Positions 8,550 to 17,600 of a stretch of DNA of 43,101 bases are shown here, in pieces. This DNA comes from an uncultured Bacilli bacterium (GTDB lineage: Bacteria > Bacillota_I > Bacilli_A > RF39 > UBA660): contig CALVVO010000004.1 in NCBI GenBank assembly GCA_944363885.1, positions 1 through 43,101 on the forward strand, given 5' to 3'. The position numbers and the translations under genes were made by a program. Below the pieces are notes generated by a model. That model did no database searches, was not told the origin of the DNA, and was given only the letters and a program-made list of their open reading frames with translations. Position 1 is the stretch's first letter; the number at the start of each line of letters is the position of its first letter.

Positions 8550-9842
8550 TCAGTCTTTTTTAATTTTTATTATTATTTGATACATATCTTCGAAATCAAA
8601 TTCTTCAGATTCAACATTTAATCCTAAATCACGTAACTTATTAATTGTTTCTCTAGATGCATTTATTGCTGTTGAAAAATTGTTATTTGTACTTGTTTGC
8701 GAATTTTCTACTATGTTATTTTCTGCTTTCATTTCTCTAAATTCATCTATTATTGAGTTTGATGTTGTTGTTTCTGGTTGTTGATTAGTATTTGGTGTAA
8801 AGAATTCCATTACTTCTGGCTTTTCTGGTTCCATAAAAGGATTAAATGGGACTTTTGACTCGTCTACAATATCTCCCATGTTTACATTTGCTTCAGTCTC
8901 TTCTAAATTGATTTTCTTTGGCGGAACCGGTTCAAATTGTCGTTGATCTTCTATTTCATTTTCTTTCTTCAAAAGCATGTCAATATTGGCTGGCTCTGGT
9001 GTTTTTATTATGTCTTCTGAATGAGACCTTATTTCATCTGTGTTTACGTTAAAGATGTTATCATTCAATGATGCATTCTCAAATGTGCTAGTGTTTGTTA
9101 CATTTGTATTAACTCCTGTAGTTGGCTGCGTTTGTGGCATCTCAAATGAAGGATTTTCACTCTTATTTTGTGTGTCGTATATGTTATTTTTTTCTTCCAC
9201 TGGTGTAGAATTACTTATTGGTCTACCTAGCAATTTAGAGATTTCTTCGTCTGTCTGTCTTACTGTTAGTCTTTCACTTATTATTCTTCTTAACATTTGA
9301 ACTTGAATGTTTGGATCATTTATTGCTAGTAAACTTCTAGCGTGCCTTTCACTGATTTTGTTTTCTAGTAGGGCATCTTGAACTTCTTGACTTAAATTTA
9401 ATAATCTTAACTTATTAGCTATTGTTGGTTGGCTTACTCCCATTCTTGCAGCTAATTCTTCCTGAGTTATATATCCTTTATCAAGTATTTTTTTGTATGA
9501 TTGTGCTTCCTCTATCGCTGTTAAATTTTTCCTTTGTAAATTTTCTACAACAGCTATTTCAGCACTTTTATTATCATCTATTTCTTTTATTATAGCTGGC
9601 ACTTTTGTTAACCCTGCCATGCACGCTGCTTTATATCTTCTTTCTCCAGCAATGATTTCAAATTTATCGTTTAATCTTCTTAAAACTAATGGCTGAATAA
9701 TTCCATGAATTTTAATTGATTCTGCTAGGTCTTTTAATGCTTTTTCATCAAAAGCTAATCTTGGTTGAAATCTGTTTGGAATGATATCTTCAACAGAAAC
9801 CTCTATAATTGCATTTGTTATATTATTTTCACTATTATTCAC
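8550..9842 (-). CDS. noc: Nucleoid occlusion protein Noc (ParB family) with long internal low-complexity insert
   Basis: PNRFQPR, GERRYKA CTP box, HTH SQPTIANKLRLL, SERHAR, C-terminal AIN..R.....L...G......E...E...Q..I.I.K typical of Noc; directly after rsmG. Confidence 0.85.
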   Translation of the reverse strand: MNNSENNITNAIIEVSVEDIIPNRFQPRLAFDEKALKDLAESIKIHGIIQPLVLRRLNDKFEIIAGERRYKAACMAGLTKVPAIIKEIDDNKSAEIAVVENLQRKNLTAIEEAQSYKKILDKGYITQEELAARMGVSQPTIANKLRLLNLSQEVQDALLENKISERHARSLLAINDPNIQVQMLRRIISERLTVRQTDEEISKLLGRPISNSTPVEEKNNIYDTQNKSENPSFEMPQTQPTTGVNTNVTNTSTFENASLNDNIFNVNTDEIRSHSEDIIKTPEPANIDMLLKKENEIEDQRQFEPVPPKKINLEETEANVNMGDIVDESKVPFNPFMEPEKPEVMEFFTPNTNQQPETTTSNSIIDEFREMKAENNIVENSQTSTNNNFSTAINASRETINKLRDLGLNVESEEFDFEDMYQIIIKIKKD

Positions 9843-9871
9843 TGATTATCAGCCCCTTCTATTCTAATATC

Positions 9872-9900
9872 ATTTTAAATTATTTTTGTCTATTTTTCAA
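9872..9900 (-). promoter_or_regulatory. Putative sigmaA promoter of noc
   Basis: TTGAAA-N17-TAAAAT on minus strand. Confidence 0.5.
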
Positions 9901-10596
9901 GTCTTTTATAATTTTATTGTATTCTCTTGGATAAATAATGTTTGTTGTATTAATTTTCTTTATTATAAGTATTGATCTATTACTATTTTCTATTGGTAAC
10001 TTGAATGTTTTTACTTCTACAAGTTTAGCATTTAGTTTTGTTAAGATATTTAATCCTTCTTTTATTTCTTTGTCTATTTCTCCTTTAAGTGGCAAAAAAT
10101 ATCCACTAACTTTAATCATAGGAATAATAATTTCTGATATTATATTTAGATGTGATACTGCTCGGCATGTTGCTATTTCATATTTTTCTCTTGCTATTTT
10201 TGCATAGCTTTCTGCTCTTCCATTAATTATTTGTACATTACCTAATGATAAATTTTTTTTAACTTCAGCTAGAAATAAGCATTTTTTAGTGTTTGCTTCT
10301 ATTAAATCTATTTTCAAGTTTTTAAAAATTATTGCTAATACTATTCCTGGAAATCCAGCACCTGTTCCAACATCAACTAAATTGTTGTAATTATACAAAT
10401 TTATTGCCCGCTTAATTGATAAACTATCATAAAAATGTTTTAAATATACTTCTTTTTCTTCAGTAATTCTCGTTAAATTAAATTTTTTATTCCAAGTTAT
10501 TAGTAGTTCATAATATTTGTTTAATTTTGTTAACATTTCATCTGTAATTATTATTCCTAATTCTTCTACCTTATTTTTAAATTCTTCTTTATTCAT
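9880..10596 (-). CDS. rsmG: 16S rRNA m7G527 methyltransferase
   Basis: FNLT.I, KHFYDS, DVGTGAGFPG, GRAE, RAV. Confidence 0.96.
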   Translation of the reverse strand: MNKEEFKNKVEELGIIITDEMLTKLNKYYELLITWNKKFNLTRITEEKEVYLKHFYDSLSIKRAINLYNYNNLVDVGTGAGFPGIVLAIIFKNLKIDLIEANTKKCLFLAEVKKNLSLGNVQIINGRAESYAKIAREKYEIATCRAVSHLNIISEIIIPMIKVSGYFLPLKGEIDKEIKEGLNILTKLNAKLVEVKTFKLPIENSNRSILIIKKINTTNIIYPREYNKIIKDLKNRQK

Positions 10597-12454
10597 TTGG
10601 GTATTCCTTTTTTAAATAAACTAATAGCATTGATATGTCTGCTGGATTTACACCACTAATTCTAGTAGCTTGTCCAATTGTAATTGGTCTTATTTTTTCT
10701 AATTTCTGTTTTGCTTCTGTTGCTATATTTCTAACGTTTTCATAATTAATATCTGCTGGTATTTTTTTGTTTTCTAATTTTAACATTTTTTCTATTTCTT
10801 TTTTTGTTTTATTTATATATCCTTTATATTTTATTTCAATTTCTATTTGTTCTCCCGCTTTTTTATCTATTTTTTCGCCTATTATTTTTTCTATGTGCTT
10901 TATTGTTAATTCTGGTCTTTTTAATAAGTCATATAATGACGTTTTACTTATTATTTTCTGTAATTTCATTTGTTCTAATTTTGTATTTATTTTGCTTGGA
11001 GTAACAAGTATATTTTTTAATTTTTCTTCTATAATTTTTATTTTTTCTTTTCTTTTCTTGTATATTTCGTATTTTTCATCGTTGATTAAACCTATTTTCC
11101 TGCCAATTTCAGTTAATCTTAAATCTGCATTATCGTGTCTTAATAATAGTCTAAATTCTGCACGAGATGTTAATAATCTATATGGTTCTGTAATTCCCTT
11201 GTTTATTAAGTCGTCTATTAACACTCCTATGTATGCTTCACTTCTTTTTAATATTAATGGTTCTTTGTTTTCTAATTTTAATGTTGCGTTTATTCCGGCA
11301 ATTAGCCCTTGGGCTGCAGCTTCTTCATAACCGCTTGTACCGTTGATTTGTCCAGCCGTATATAAATTTTCTATAATTTTACTTTCGAGTGTTATTTTTA
11401 ATTGTGTTGGATCTATTGCATCATATTCTATTGCATAGCCATATTTTGTTATTTTAGCTTTTTTTAAACCGTTCATAGTATGTATTAGTTTTTCTTGTAA
11501 TTCTGGGGGCATTGTTGTTGAAAATCCGCTTACATACACTTCTATTCCATCTTTTCTTTCAGGTTCTATAAATATTTGATGCCTGTCTTTGTCTCTAAAT
11601 TTTACTATTTTATCTTCTATTGATGGGCAATATCTAGGCCCCACTCCTTTTATTAAACCACTATATAAAGCACATTTATCTAAATTGCTTAATATTATTT
11701 CATGTGTTTCAGGTGTGGTATATGTTAAATAACATGAAATTTGATCTTTTATTTTATATTTTGGTTTATAAAAGTTACTAAATGTTAGTAATGTATTGTC
11801 TCCCTTTTCTTCTTGCATTTCTGCATAATCTACTGATTTTTTTAAAACTCTAGGTGGTGTTCCTGTTTTTAATCGAATTAATTTAATTCCATTCTTTTCT
11901 AAGCTTTTACTTAAATATAATGATGGCTTTTCTCCATGTGGCCCACCTTTTTCTTTATTGTGCCCTACTAGTATATCTGCATTTAAATAAGTTCCAGTGG
12001 TTAATATAACTATTTTAGATAATATTTTTTCATTTGATTCTGTTATTATTCCTTTAACTGTTTTATTTTCAACTATAATCTCTTTTGCTAAATCTTCTAA
12101 TAACGTTATATTTTTGTTACTTTTTAATGTTTTTATCATATTTTCAGGGTAAATTGTTTTGTCTGCTTGGCATCTTAATGATCTAACGCCTGGACCTTTT
12201 TTTGAATTTAACATTTTTATTTGTAAATGTGATTTGTCGGCATTTTCTCCCATTTCACCGCCTAAAGCGTCTATTTCTCTAACAACTATACCTTTTGCTG
12301 AGCCACCTATAGATGGATTACATGGCATATCTGCTATATTATTTATATTTCCGGTAATTAGTAATGTTTTGTAGCCTTTTCTTGCACTTACAAGTGTCGC
12401 TTCACATCCTGCGTGTCCGCCACCTACTACTATAATGTCATACATTTTTTTCAC
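10589..12454 (-). CDS. mnmG: tRNA U34 modification enzyme MnmG/GidA
   Basis: GGGHAG, MPCNPSIGG, KTGTPPR, GPRYCPSIE, AGQINGTSGYEEAAAQG. Confidence 0.98.
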   Translation of the reverse strand: MKKMYDIIVVGGGHAGCEATLVSARKGYKTLLITGNINNIADMPCNPSIGGSAKGIVVREIDALGGEMGENADKSHLQIKMLNSKKGPGVRSLRCQADKTIYPENMIKTLKSNKNITLLEDLAKEIIVENKTVKGIITESNEKILSKIVILTTGTYLNADILVGHNKEKGGPHGEKPSLYLSKSLEKNGIKLIRLKTGTPPRVLKKSVDYAEMQEEKGDNTLLTFSNFYKPKYKIKDQISCYLTYTTPETHEIILSNLDKCALYSGLIKGVGPRYCPSIEDKIVKFRDKDRHQIFIEPERKDGIEVYVSGFSTTMPPELQEKLIHTMNGLKKAKITKYGYAIEYDAIDPTQLKITLESKIIENLYTAGQINGTSGYEEAAAQGLIAGINATLKLENKEPLILKRSEAYIGVLIDDLINKGITEPYRLLTSRAEFRLLLRHDNADLRLTEIGRKIGLINDEKYEIYKKRKEKIKIIEEKLKNILVTPSKINTKLEQMKLQKIISKTSLYDLLKRPELTIKHIEKIIGEKIDKKAGEQIEIEIKYKGYINKTKKEIEKMLKLENKKIPADINYENVRNIATEAKQKLEKIRPITIGQATRISGVNPADISMLLVYLKKEYPNE

Positions 12455-13810
12455 CTATTTTCCCAAACAAAATTTACTAAATATTTCATCTAATAATTCT
12501 TCCTTGTATGTTTCACCTGTAATTTCTCCAAGTTTATCCCATAATCTTTTTAAATCTATTTCAATTAAATCAACATCTGTTTGCTGATTATTTGCTTTTT
12601 CAATTTGTTTAATAATTGTCATACATTCTTTTATTAATGAAATTTGTCTTGCATTAGATAAATATGTATAATCACTATTAGCAATTTTATCTAATTTAAA
12701 TTTTGAAATTATTGCTTGTTTTAATTCTTCTATTCCTTTATTTTCTTTTACTGATATATTAAGTATTTTATATTTTTTTAATTTATCAAGTTCTATTTTT
12801 GATTCTAGGTCTATTTTGTTTAATAAAATTATCACATCTTTTTTATTGGTTTTTTTTAGAATTTCTTTGTCCATTTTTGTTAAACTTTTACTGTTGTCTA
12901 AAAGAACTAATAATAAATCAGCAGTTTCAAGTATTTCATAACTTTTTTTAACACCTATTTGTTCAACGTAATTTTCTGTTTCTCTAATTCCAGCTGTATC
13001 TATAAAATTTATTTCTATACCATTTAAAATTATTGTTCCTTCAACAATATCTCTTGTTGTTCCTTCTATGTCTGTAACTATTGCTTTTTTTTCATTAATT
13101 AGTAAATTCAACAAACTGCTTTTTCCTACATTTGGCTTTCCTAATATGCCAACTTTTATCCCATTTTTTATTATTTTTCCATTTTTACTTTGGTCTAATA
13201 TTGTTTGTAATTTTTTTTCTATTTCTTTTATGTTTTTTTTCATTATTTTGTTTGTAATTATTACTGCATCTTCGTATTCCGGATAATCTATGTTTACCTC
13301 GATGTTTGCTATAATTGATAATATTTTACTTCTTAGGTCTTTAATTAGTTTTGATAGTGTCCCGTCAATTCCTTTTAAACTCATTTTTCTCGCTGATTCT
13401 GTTTTAGATGAAATTAAGTCTTGAACTGATTCAGCTTCTATTAAATCAACTCTTCCGTTTAAATATGCGCGTTTTAAAAATTCACCTGGTTCTGCTAAAC
13501 GTGCTCCTGAAGATAGCATTATTTCTAATATTTTATTTGTAGTTGCAATTCCACCATGGCAATTTATTTCTACTACATTTTCTTTTGTATATGTTTTTGG
13601 CGCCTTAAAAACTGAAACTAATACTTCATCTATTATTTCTTTTTTATATACTATGTGCCCATAATTTATTGTATGTGACGCTACTTTTGTTAAATCTTTT
13701 CCTTTAAAATGGTTATTTACAATATTTATTGCATTTTGACCACTTAATTTAATAATATTAATTGCACTTTCACCTAATGCGGTTCCTATTGCAATTATAG
13801 TATCTTCCAT
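12455..13810 (-). CDS. mnmE: tRNA modification GTPase MnmE
   Basis: GKPNVGKS, GTTRD, DTAG, NKID, terminal FCLGK. Confidence 0.98.
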   Translation of the reverse strand: MEDTIIAIGTALGESAINIIKLSGQNAINIVNNHFKGKDLTKVASHTINYGHIVYKKEIIDEVLVSVFKAPKTYTKENVVEINCHGGIATTNKILEIMLSSGARLAEPGEFLKRAYLNGRVDLIEAESVQDLISSKTESARKMSLKGIDGTLSKLIKDLRSKILSIIANIEVNIDYPEYEDAVIITNKIMKKNIKEIEKKLQTILDQSKNGKIIKNGIKVGILGKPNVGKSSLLNLLINEKKAIVTDIEGTTRDIVEGTIILNGIEINFIDTAGIRETENYVEQIGVKKSYEILETADLLLVLLDNSKSLTKMDKEILKKTNKKDVIILLNKIDLESKIELDKLKKYKILNISVKENKGIEELKQAIISKFKLDKIANSDYTYLSNARQISLIKECMTIIKQIEKANNQQTDVDLIEIDLKRLWDKLGEITGETYKEELLDEIFSKFCLGK

Positions 13811-13837
13811 TGTTTTTACCTCTTTCTTTCGTGTGTG

Positions 13838-13866
13838 ATTATATCATGTAAAGGTTGATATGTAAA
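13838..13866 (-). promoter_or_regulatory. Putative sigmaA promoter of mnmE-mnmG-rsmG(-noc)
   Basis: TTTACA-N17-TATAAT with extended TGn; overlapped by CATGTAAAG/CTTTACATG inverted repeat (13845-13877). Confidence 0.6.
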
Positions 13867-13883
13867 CTCTTTACATGTTTTTT

Positions 13884-13899
13884 TATTTCCCAGGAAATA
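13884..13899. promoter_or_regulatory. Noc-binding site (1 mismatch) inside a terminator-like palindrome
   Basis: TATTTCCCAGGAAATA vs NBS TATTTCCCGGGAAATA; palindrome extends 13879-13904 just past the radical SAM stop. Confidence 0.65.
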
Positions 13900-13909
13900 A
13901 AAAACTTCA

Positions 13910-15475
13910 TTATTTTGAAGTTTTAGTGTTTATTTTATTTTTTTTATTTCTTAAAAATAAATAAACTTTCGGAAAATAATTTATTAGTATTTTTTTTGCT
14001 ATTCCCATGCTTTGAACTTTTATCTTTTTAAAAAATGATAATGTCCTCCTTGGTGTTAATGGGCCAGTAACCCAAAAGTCTAACCATTTTTCGTATGCCC
14101 TTCTAAATTTTGTATCTTTTTTGTAACACCATTTATATCTTTTGACATAGTACATAAAATAATCTCTTATAAAAATTACTTGATGATCTGGAAATTGTGG
14201 TTGTTTTATGTAAACTTGTGTTTTAGGTGTTATTTCTCTTAAAAATCCCGCATCTTCCGCTGTTTTCTTTAGAATAGTCATTGGATATGGATAAAACACA
14301 TTTGGAATAATTTGATCACTCTGTAATCTAGCATTCAATTTAATAGTTTCTAGAGCTTTATGTATGTCCTCATAAGGTAATCCTATTATATTGTATGTCA
14401 AGACAGTTATTTTATATTTTTTAAACCATATCGAGCAATTTATCATTTGTTCATCAGTAGTATATCTGTGTAAATATTTTTGTCTTATTTCTTTATTTCC
14501 TGATTCTAAACCAATATCTATTGTATAACACCCAGCTTCTTTCATTCTCCTAACTGTATCTTCAGTTACTATATCAAATCTTAAATTACATGTGAATGGC
14601 AAGTGTATTTCTTTAGTATATAAATCAATAAATTTATCAAACCATTCTGGAAACATATTAAATATTGCGTCTCTAAAGAATATATATTTTATATTTGGAT
14701 ATTGTTTTAATACATTTTTTATTAATTCTATACTTTTTTCAGGGCTTCTGAATCTAGCATATTTTGCTTTGTTTGGATATATATTTCTAAATTGGCTATT
14801 ACCACAATAAGTACATGAATATATACATCCTCTACTTAACATAATTAGCGCTGTGTTGACTTTTGTTGTATCTAAATTTTTATAATCAAATAGATTTATA
14901 TCTGGGAATGGTAATTCATCAAGGTTTTCTATTAACGGTCTAACTGGATTTTTAATTATTTTTTTACCCTTTTTGAAGTAAAAGCTTTCTATGTCATAAT
15001 AATCTTTCCCATCACGCATTCTATTCATTAATTCTAATATTGGATATTCACCTTCACCAACGCAAACCGCATCAAGATTATCTACTTCTATGCATTCATC
15101 TGGCACTAGGATTGGATGATACCCACCCATAAATGTAAATAAATCTGGTCTTTCTTCTTTTGTCCATTTTAATAAGTCTTTAACGTAATCAAACGCTGTT
15201 GTTCTTGTACTAAATCCTATTAAAGTTGCATCTTTATATTTCCTTAAATGTTCTTTAAATTCTTTTTCATCAAATTCATGATTTATATGAATTAATGATA
15301 CTTTATAGCCGCCTTGTTTAATTACCGCTGATATAGATGCTAGCCCTTCACTATAACTACCACCACTACTTCTTTTTGATGCATCACCTTCAAGATAATC
15401 AGGATATACTAAAACTAAATGTAATTGTTTATCATTTTTTTTAATTGACTTTGAATTATTTCTTTTTTTATTCAT
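13910..15475 (-). CDS. Cobalamin-binding-domain radical SAM protein, substrate unknown
   Basis: B12-binding N-domain (GLASISAV, GGYHP, VGEGE), SRGCIYSCTYC CxxxCxxC, GLESG, IIGLPYE; SD AAGGGAG. Confidence 0.88.
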   Translation of the reverse strand: MNKKRNNSKSIKKNDKQLHLVLVYPDYLEGDASKRSSGGSYSEGLASISAVIKQGGYKVSLIHINHEFDEKEFKEHLRKYKDATLIGFSTRTTAFDYVKDLLKWTKEERPDLFTFMGGYHPILVPDECIEVDNLDAVCVGEGEYPILELMNRMRDGKDYYDIESFYFKKGKKIIKNPVRPLIENLDELPFPDINLFDYKNLDTTKVNTALIMLSRGCIYSCTYCGNSQFRNIYPNKAKYARFRSPEKSIELIKNVLKQYPNIKYIFFRDAIFNMFPEWFDKFIDLYTKEIHLPFTCNLRFDIVTEDTVRRMKEAGCYTIDIGLESGNKEIRQKYLHRYTTDEQMINCSIWFKKYKITVLTYNIIGLPYEDIHKALETIKLNARLQSDQIIPNVFYPYPMTILKKTAEDAGFLREITPKTQVYIKQPQFPDHQVIFIRDYFMYYVKRYKWCYKKDTKFRRAYEKWLDFWVTGPLTPRRTLSFFKKIKVQSMGIAKKILINYFPKVYLFLRNKKNKINTKTSK

Positions 15476-15527
15476 TTTGTCACTCCCTTACTTATTAATA
15501 TAGCACAAAAAAAGTCTTATTAACAGA

Positions 15528-16154
15528 CTATTTTTCATTTTCATTTTTATCCTTATATTTTATTACTACATATCTATTTGGTTCTTCTCCTTCACTTTCT
15601 GTCTTGATGTAATCAAATTTGCTTAATGCATTGTGAATTTCTCTTCTTTCATAAGAATTCATAGGATCTAATTTAACGGATACTTTTGATAATGTAACTT
15701 CTCTAGCTATTTTTTTGACATCTCTTATTAGAAAATATAATTGCTTGGATTTATAGTTTTCAATATCTATTACAATATTTGTCTTAATGTTAATTTTTTT
15801 ATAAATTGCTTGTCTTAGATATATTTGTATAGCATTTAATATTCTTCCTCTTTTTCCTATTAGTATTGAATTATTATTTGAATATAAATTATATGAAATT
15901 AAATTATCACGTATTTTTGTCTCTATTTTACTTTCTATACCAATATTTTCAACTATATTTTCAAGTAAATTTTTTCCTAATTCTGCAACATCTTTAACTT
16001 TAACAATTTCTACAACTTTCTTTTTGGTTTTTAGTAAACCACTTTTTTCTTCACTAACTTTGTAAAAAACATCTTTTTCTTCTAAATTTAGCTCTTCTAA
16101 TGCCTGGTGTAAAATTTCTTTTTCATCTTTTCCCTTATACAAATATTTTTCCAT
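15528..16154 (-). CDS. jag: Jag/EloR/KhpB RNA-binding protein
   Basis: Jag_N, KH loop LIGKRG, R3H PMNSYERREIH, SEGEEPNR. Confidence 0.93.
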   Translation of the reverse strand: MEKYLYKGKDEKEILHQALEELNLEEKDVFYKVSEEKSGLLKTKKKVVEIVKVKDVAELGKNLLENIVENIGIESKIETKIRDNLISYNLYSNNNSILIGKRGRILNAIQIYLRQAIYKKINIKTNIVIDIENYKSKQLYFLIRDVKKIAREVTLSKVSVKLDPMNSYERREIHNALSKFDYIKTESEGEEPNRYVVIKYKDKNENEK

Positions 16155-16170
16155 CTACATCACTCCTTAC

Positions 16171-17073
16171 CTATTTGTTAGCGATTTTCTTTTGAATAAC
16201 ATTTTGAATCACTGCAAAACCACTGCTAATTATCCAATAAAAAGCTAGCGCTGTAGGTAATCCAAATGACATTATTGCTATGAAACCTACCATAAATTTA
16301 TTCATAATATTCATTTGTTTTGCTTGCATTTCATCCATACTTATGTTATTCATGTTACTAAATGATAAATATGTTGTTATTAAAATTAATAATACAATTA
16401 CTATATAGTAATAATTTCCAGATGATATGCCCTCCCATGGTGTAGTTCCAAGATGAAAAATCCATAATCTTTCTTCAAATATTACTGGAACTCTTTGAAT
16501 CGCTTCTAAAAATGCAAATAATATTGGTAATTGAATAAATGCAATTAAACAACTTGAGACTGGGCTAATATTATATTTTTTATAGATTAACATCATTTCT
16601 TGACTTTTCATCATCATTGATTGTTGATCAGTTTTATTTCTATATTTTTTTTCAAGTTTATCTAGTTCTGGTTTTGCTTTTTTCATGTTTTCGTTCATTG
16701 CCATTGTTTTTTTACTCATTGGTAACAATATTAATCTTAGTATAATTCCTAATAGCATTATTGCAATTCCATAATTTTTTACTATTTTTCCTAAATTTAT
16801 TATTAACCATGCTAATGGTTTTACAAAAATTGATGTCCATAGTCCTTCATATCCACCATCAGTTATTTTAAAATCTTCGCATGTTGATAATTTTGTTATA
16901 TCTACATCGGTTTCTTCTTCATTATTTATATATACTTGTTTTACTTCTTCTGTTGTTGGCTGACATAATATATTTTTTGTGTATTGTTTTTCACTTTCGC
17001 TATCTATAAAACTTTTTGTACAACCAGTCGTTATAAATAGTATTGTTATTAATAATATAGTAACTTTTTTCAT
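16171..17073 (-). CDS. yidC: Membrane protein insertase YidC/SpoIIIJ
   Basis: Lipobox TTGC, NYGIAI...ILRLIL, IQLPI, ALAFYW; rnpA-yidC-jag synteny. Confidence 0.95.
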   Translation of the reverse strand: MKKVTILLITILFITTGCTKSFIDSESEKQYTKNILCQPTTEEVKQVYINNEEETDVDITKLSTCEDFKITDGGYEGLWTSIFVKPLAWLIINLGKIVKNYGIAIMLLGIILRLILLPMSKKTMAMNENMKKAKPELDKLEKKYRNKTDQQSMMMKSQEMMLIYKKYNISPVSSCLIAFIQLPILFAFLEAIQRVPVIFEERLWIFHLGTTPWEGISSGNYYYIVIVLLILITTYLSFSNMNNISMDEMQAKQMNIMNKFMVGFIAIMSFGLPTALAFYWIISSGFAVIQNVIQKKIANK

Positions 17074-17390
17074 TTTATCTCCTTTATTTGACTAATTATT
17101 TCTTTTTCAATCTCATTGTAATTTAGTTCTAATAAATTGTTTCTTATTATTATAACATAGTCTTTGTTAAAACAAAGTTTATTTTTCATTAAAATATCTT
17201 TTATTTGTCTTCTAATTTTATTTCTTATTACTGCTTTTCCTATTTTTTTACTTACTGATATGCAATACCTGTTGTTTTTTAATTTGTTGTTTTGATAAAA
17301 AATTAAAAAATATTTATTACTTTTTTTTTGACCGGTTTTAATAATTTTTTCAATTTCTAAATTCTTTTTTATGATGTAGTTTTTATTCAT
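17070..17390 (-). CDS. rnpA: Ribonuclease P protein
   Basis: ISVSKKIGKAVIRNKIRR (RNR motif); start ATG 17390 behind GGTGA. Confidence 0.95.
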   Translation of the reverse strand: MNKNYIIKKNLEIEKIIKTGQKKSNKYFLIFYQNNKLKNNRYCISVSKKIGKAVIRNKIRRQIKDILMKNKLCFNKDYVIIIRNNLLELNYNEIEKEIISQIKEIK

Positions 17391-17421
17391 AATATTCACC
17401 GCTGTTATGATTATACAAAAA

Positions 17422-17445
17422 AAACTACTTTTTTTAAAGTAGTTT
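17422..17445 (-). terminator. Hairpin upstream of rnpA
   Basis: AAACTACTTT-N4-AAAGTAGTTT followed by a T-run on the minus strand. Confidence 0.45.
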
Positions 17446-17528
17446 GTTATTATGTTTGACCAATATGGTCAAACAAAAAAACTACCGGCTATGCCGGTAA
17501 GAATTCAGAAGCAGTAGCGTCGTAGTAA

Positions 17529-17600
17529 TCATTTAATTCTCCTTTTGATATAATGAAAATGGTCAGCCAACCAAATTCATTCAAAAGGAGAATTAAATGA
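17529..17600 (+). promoter_or_regulatory. 20-bp inverted repeat sequestering tnpA SD and ATG; internal extended -10
   Basis: TCATTTAATTCTCCTTTTGA (17529-48) is the exact reverse complement of TCAAAAGGAGAATTAAATGA (17581-600); TGATATAAT at 17546-54. Confidence 0.8.

Noticed and set aside
8550-9842. Calling this gene spo0J/parB
   Set aside because: HTH specificity residues, C-terminal domain and position after rsmG all match Noc.
15517-15525. Lone TTATTAACA upstream of the radical SAM gene as a DnaA box
   Set aside because: The same 9-mer occurs singly inside several ORFs (e.g. 3298, 33543); expected by chance at this AT content.
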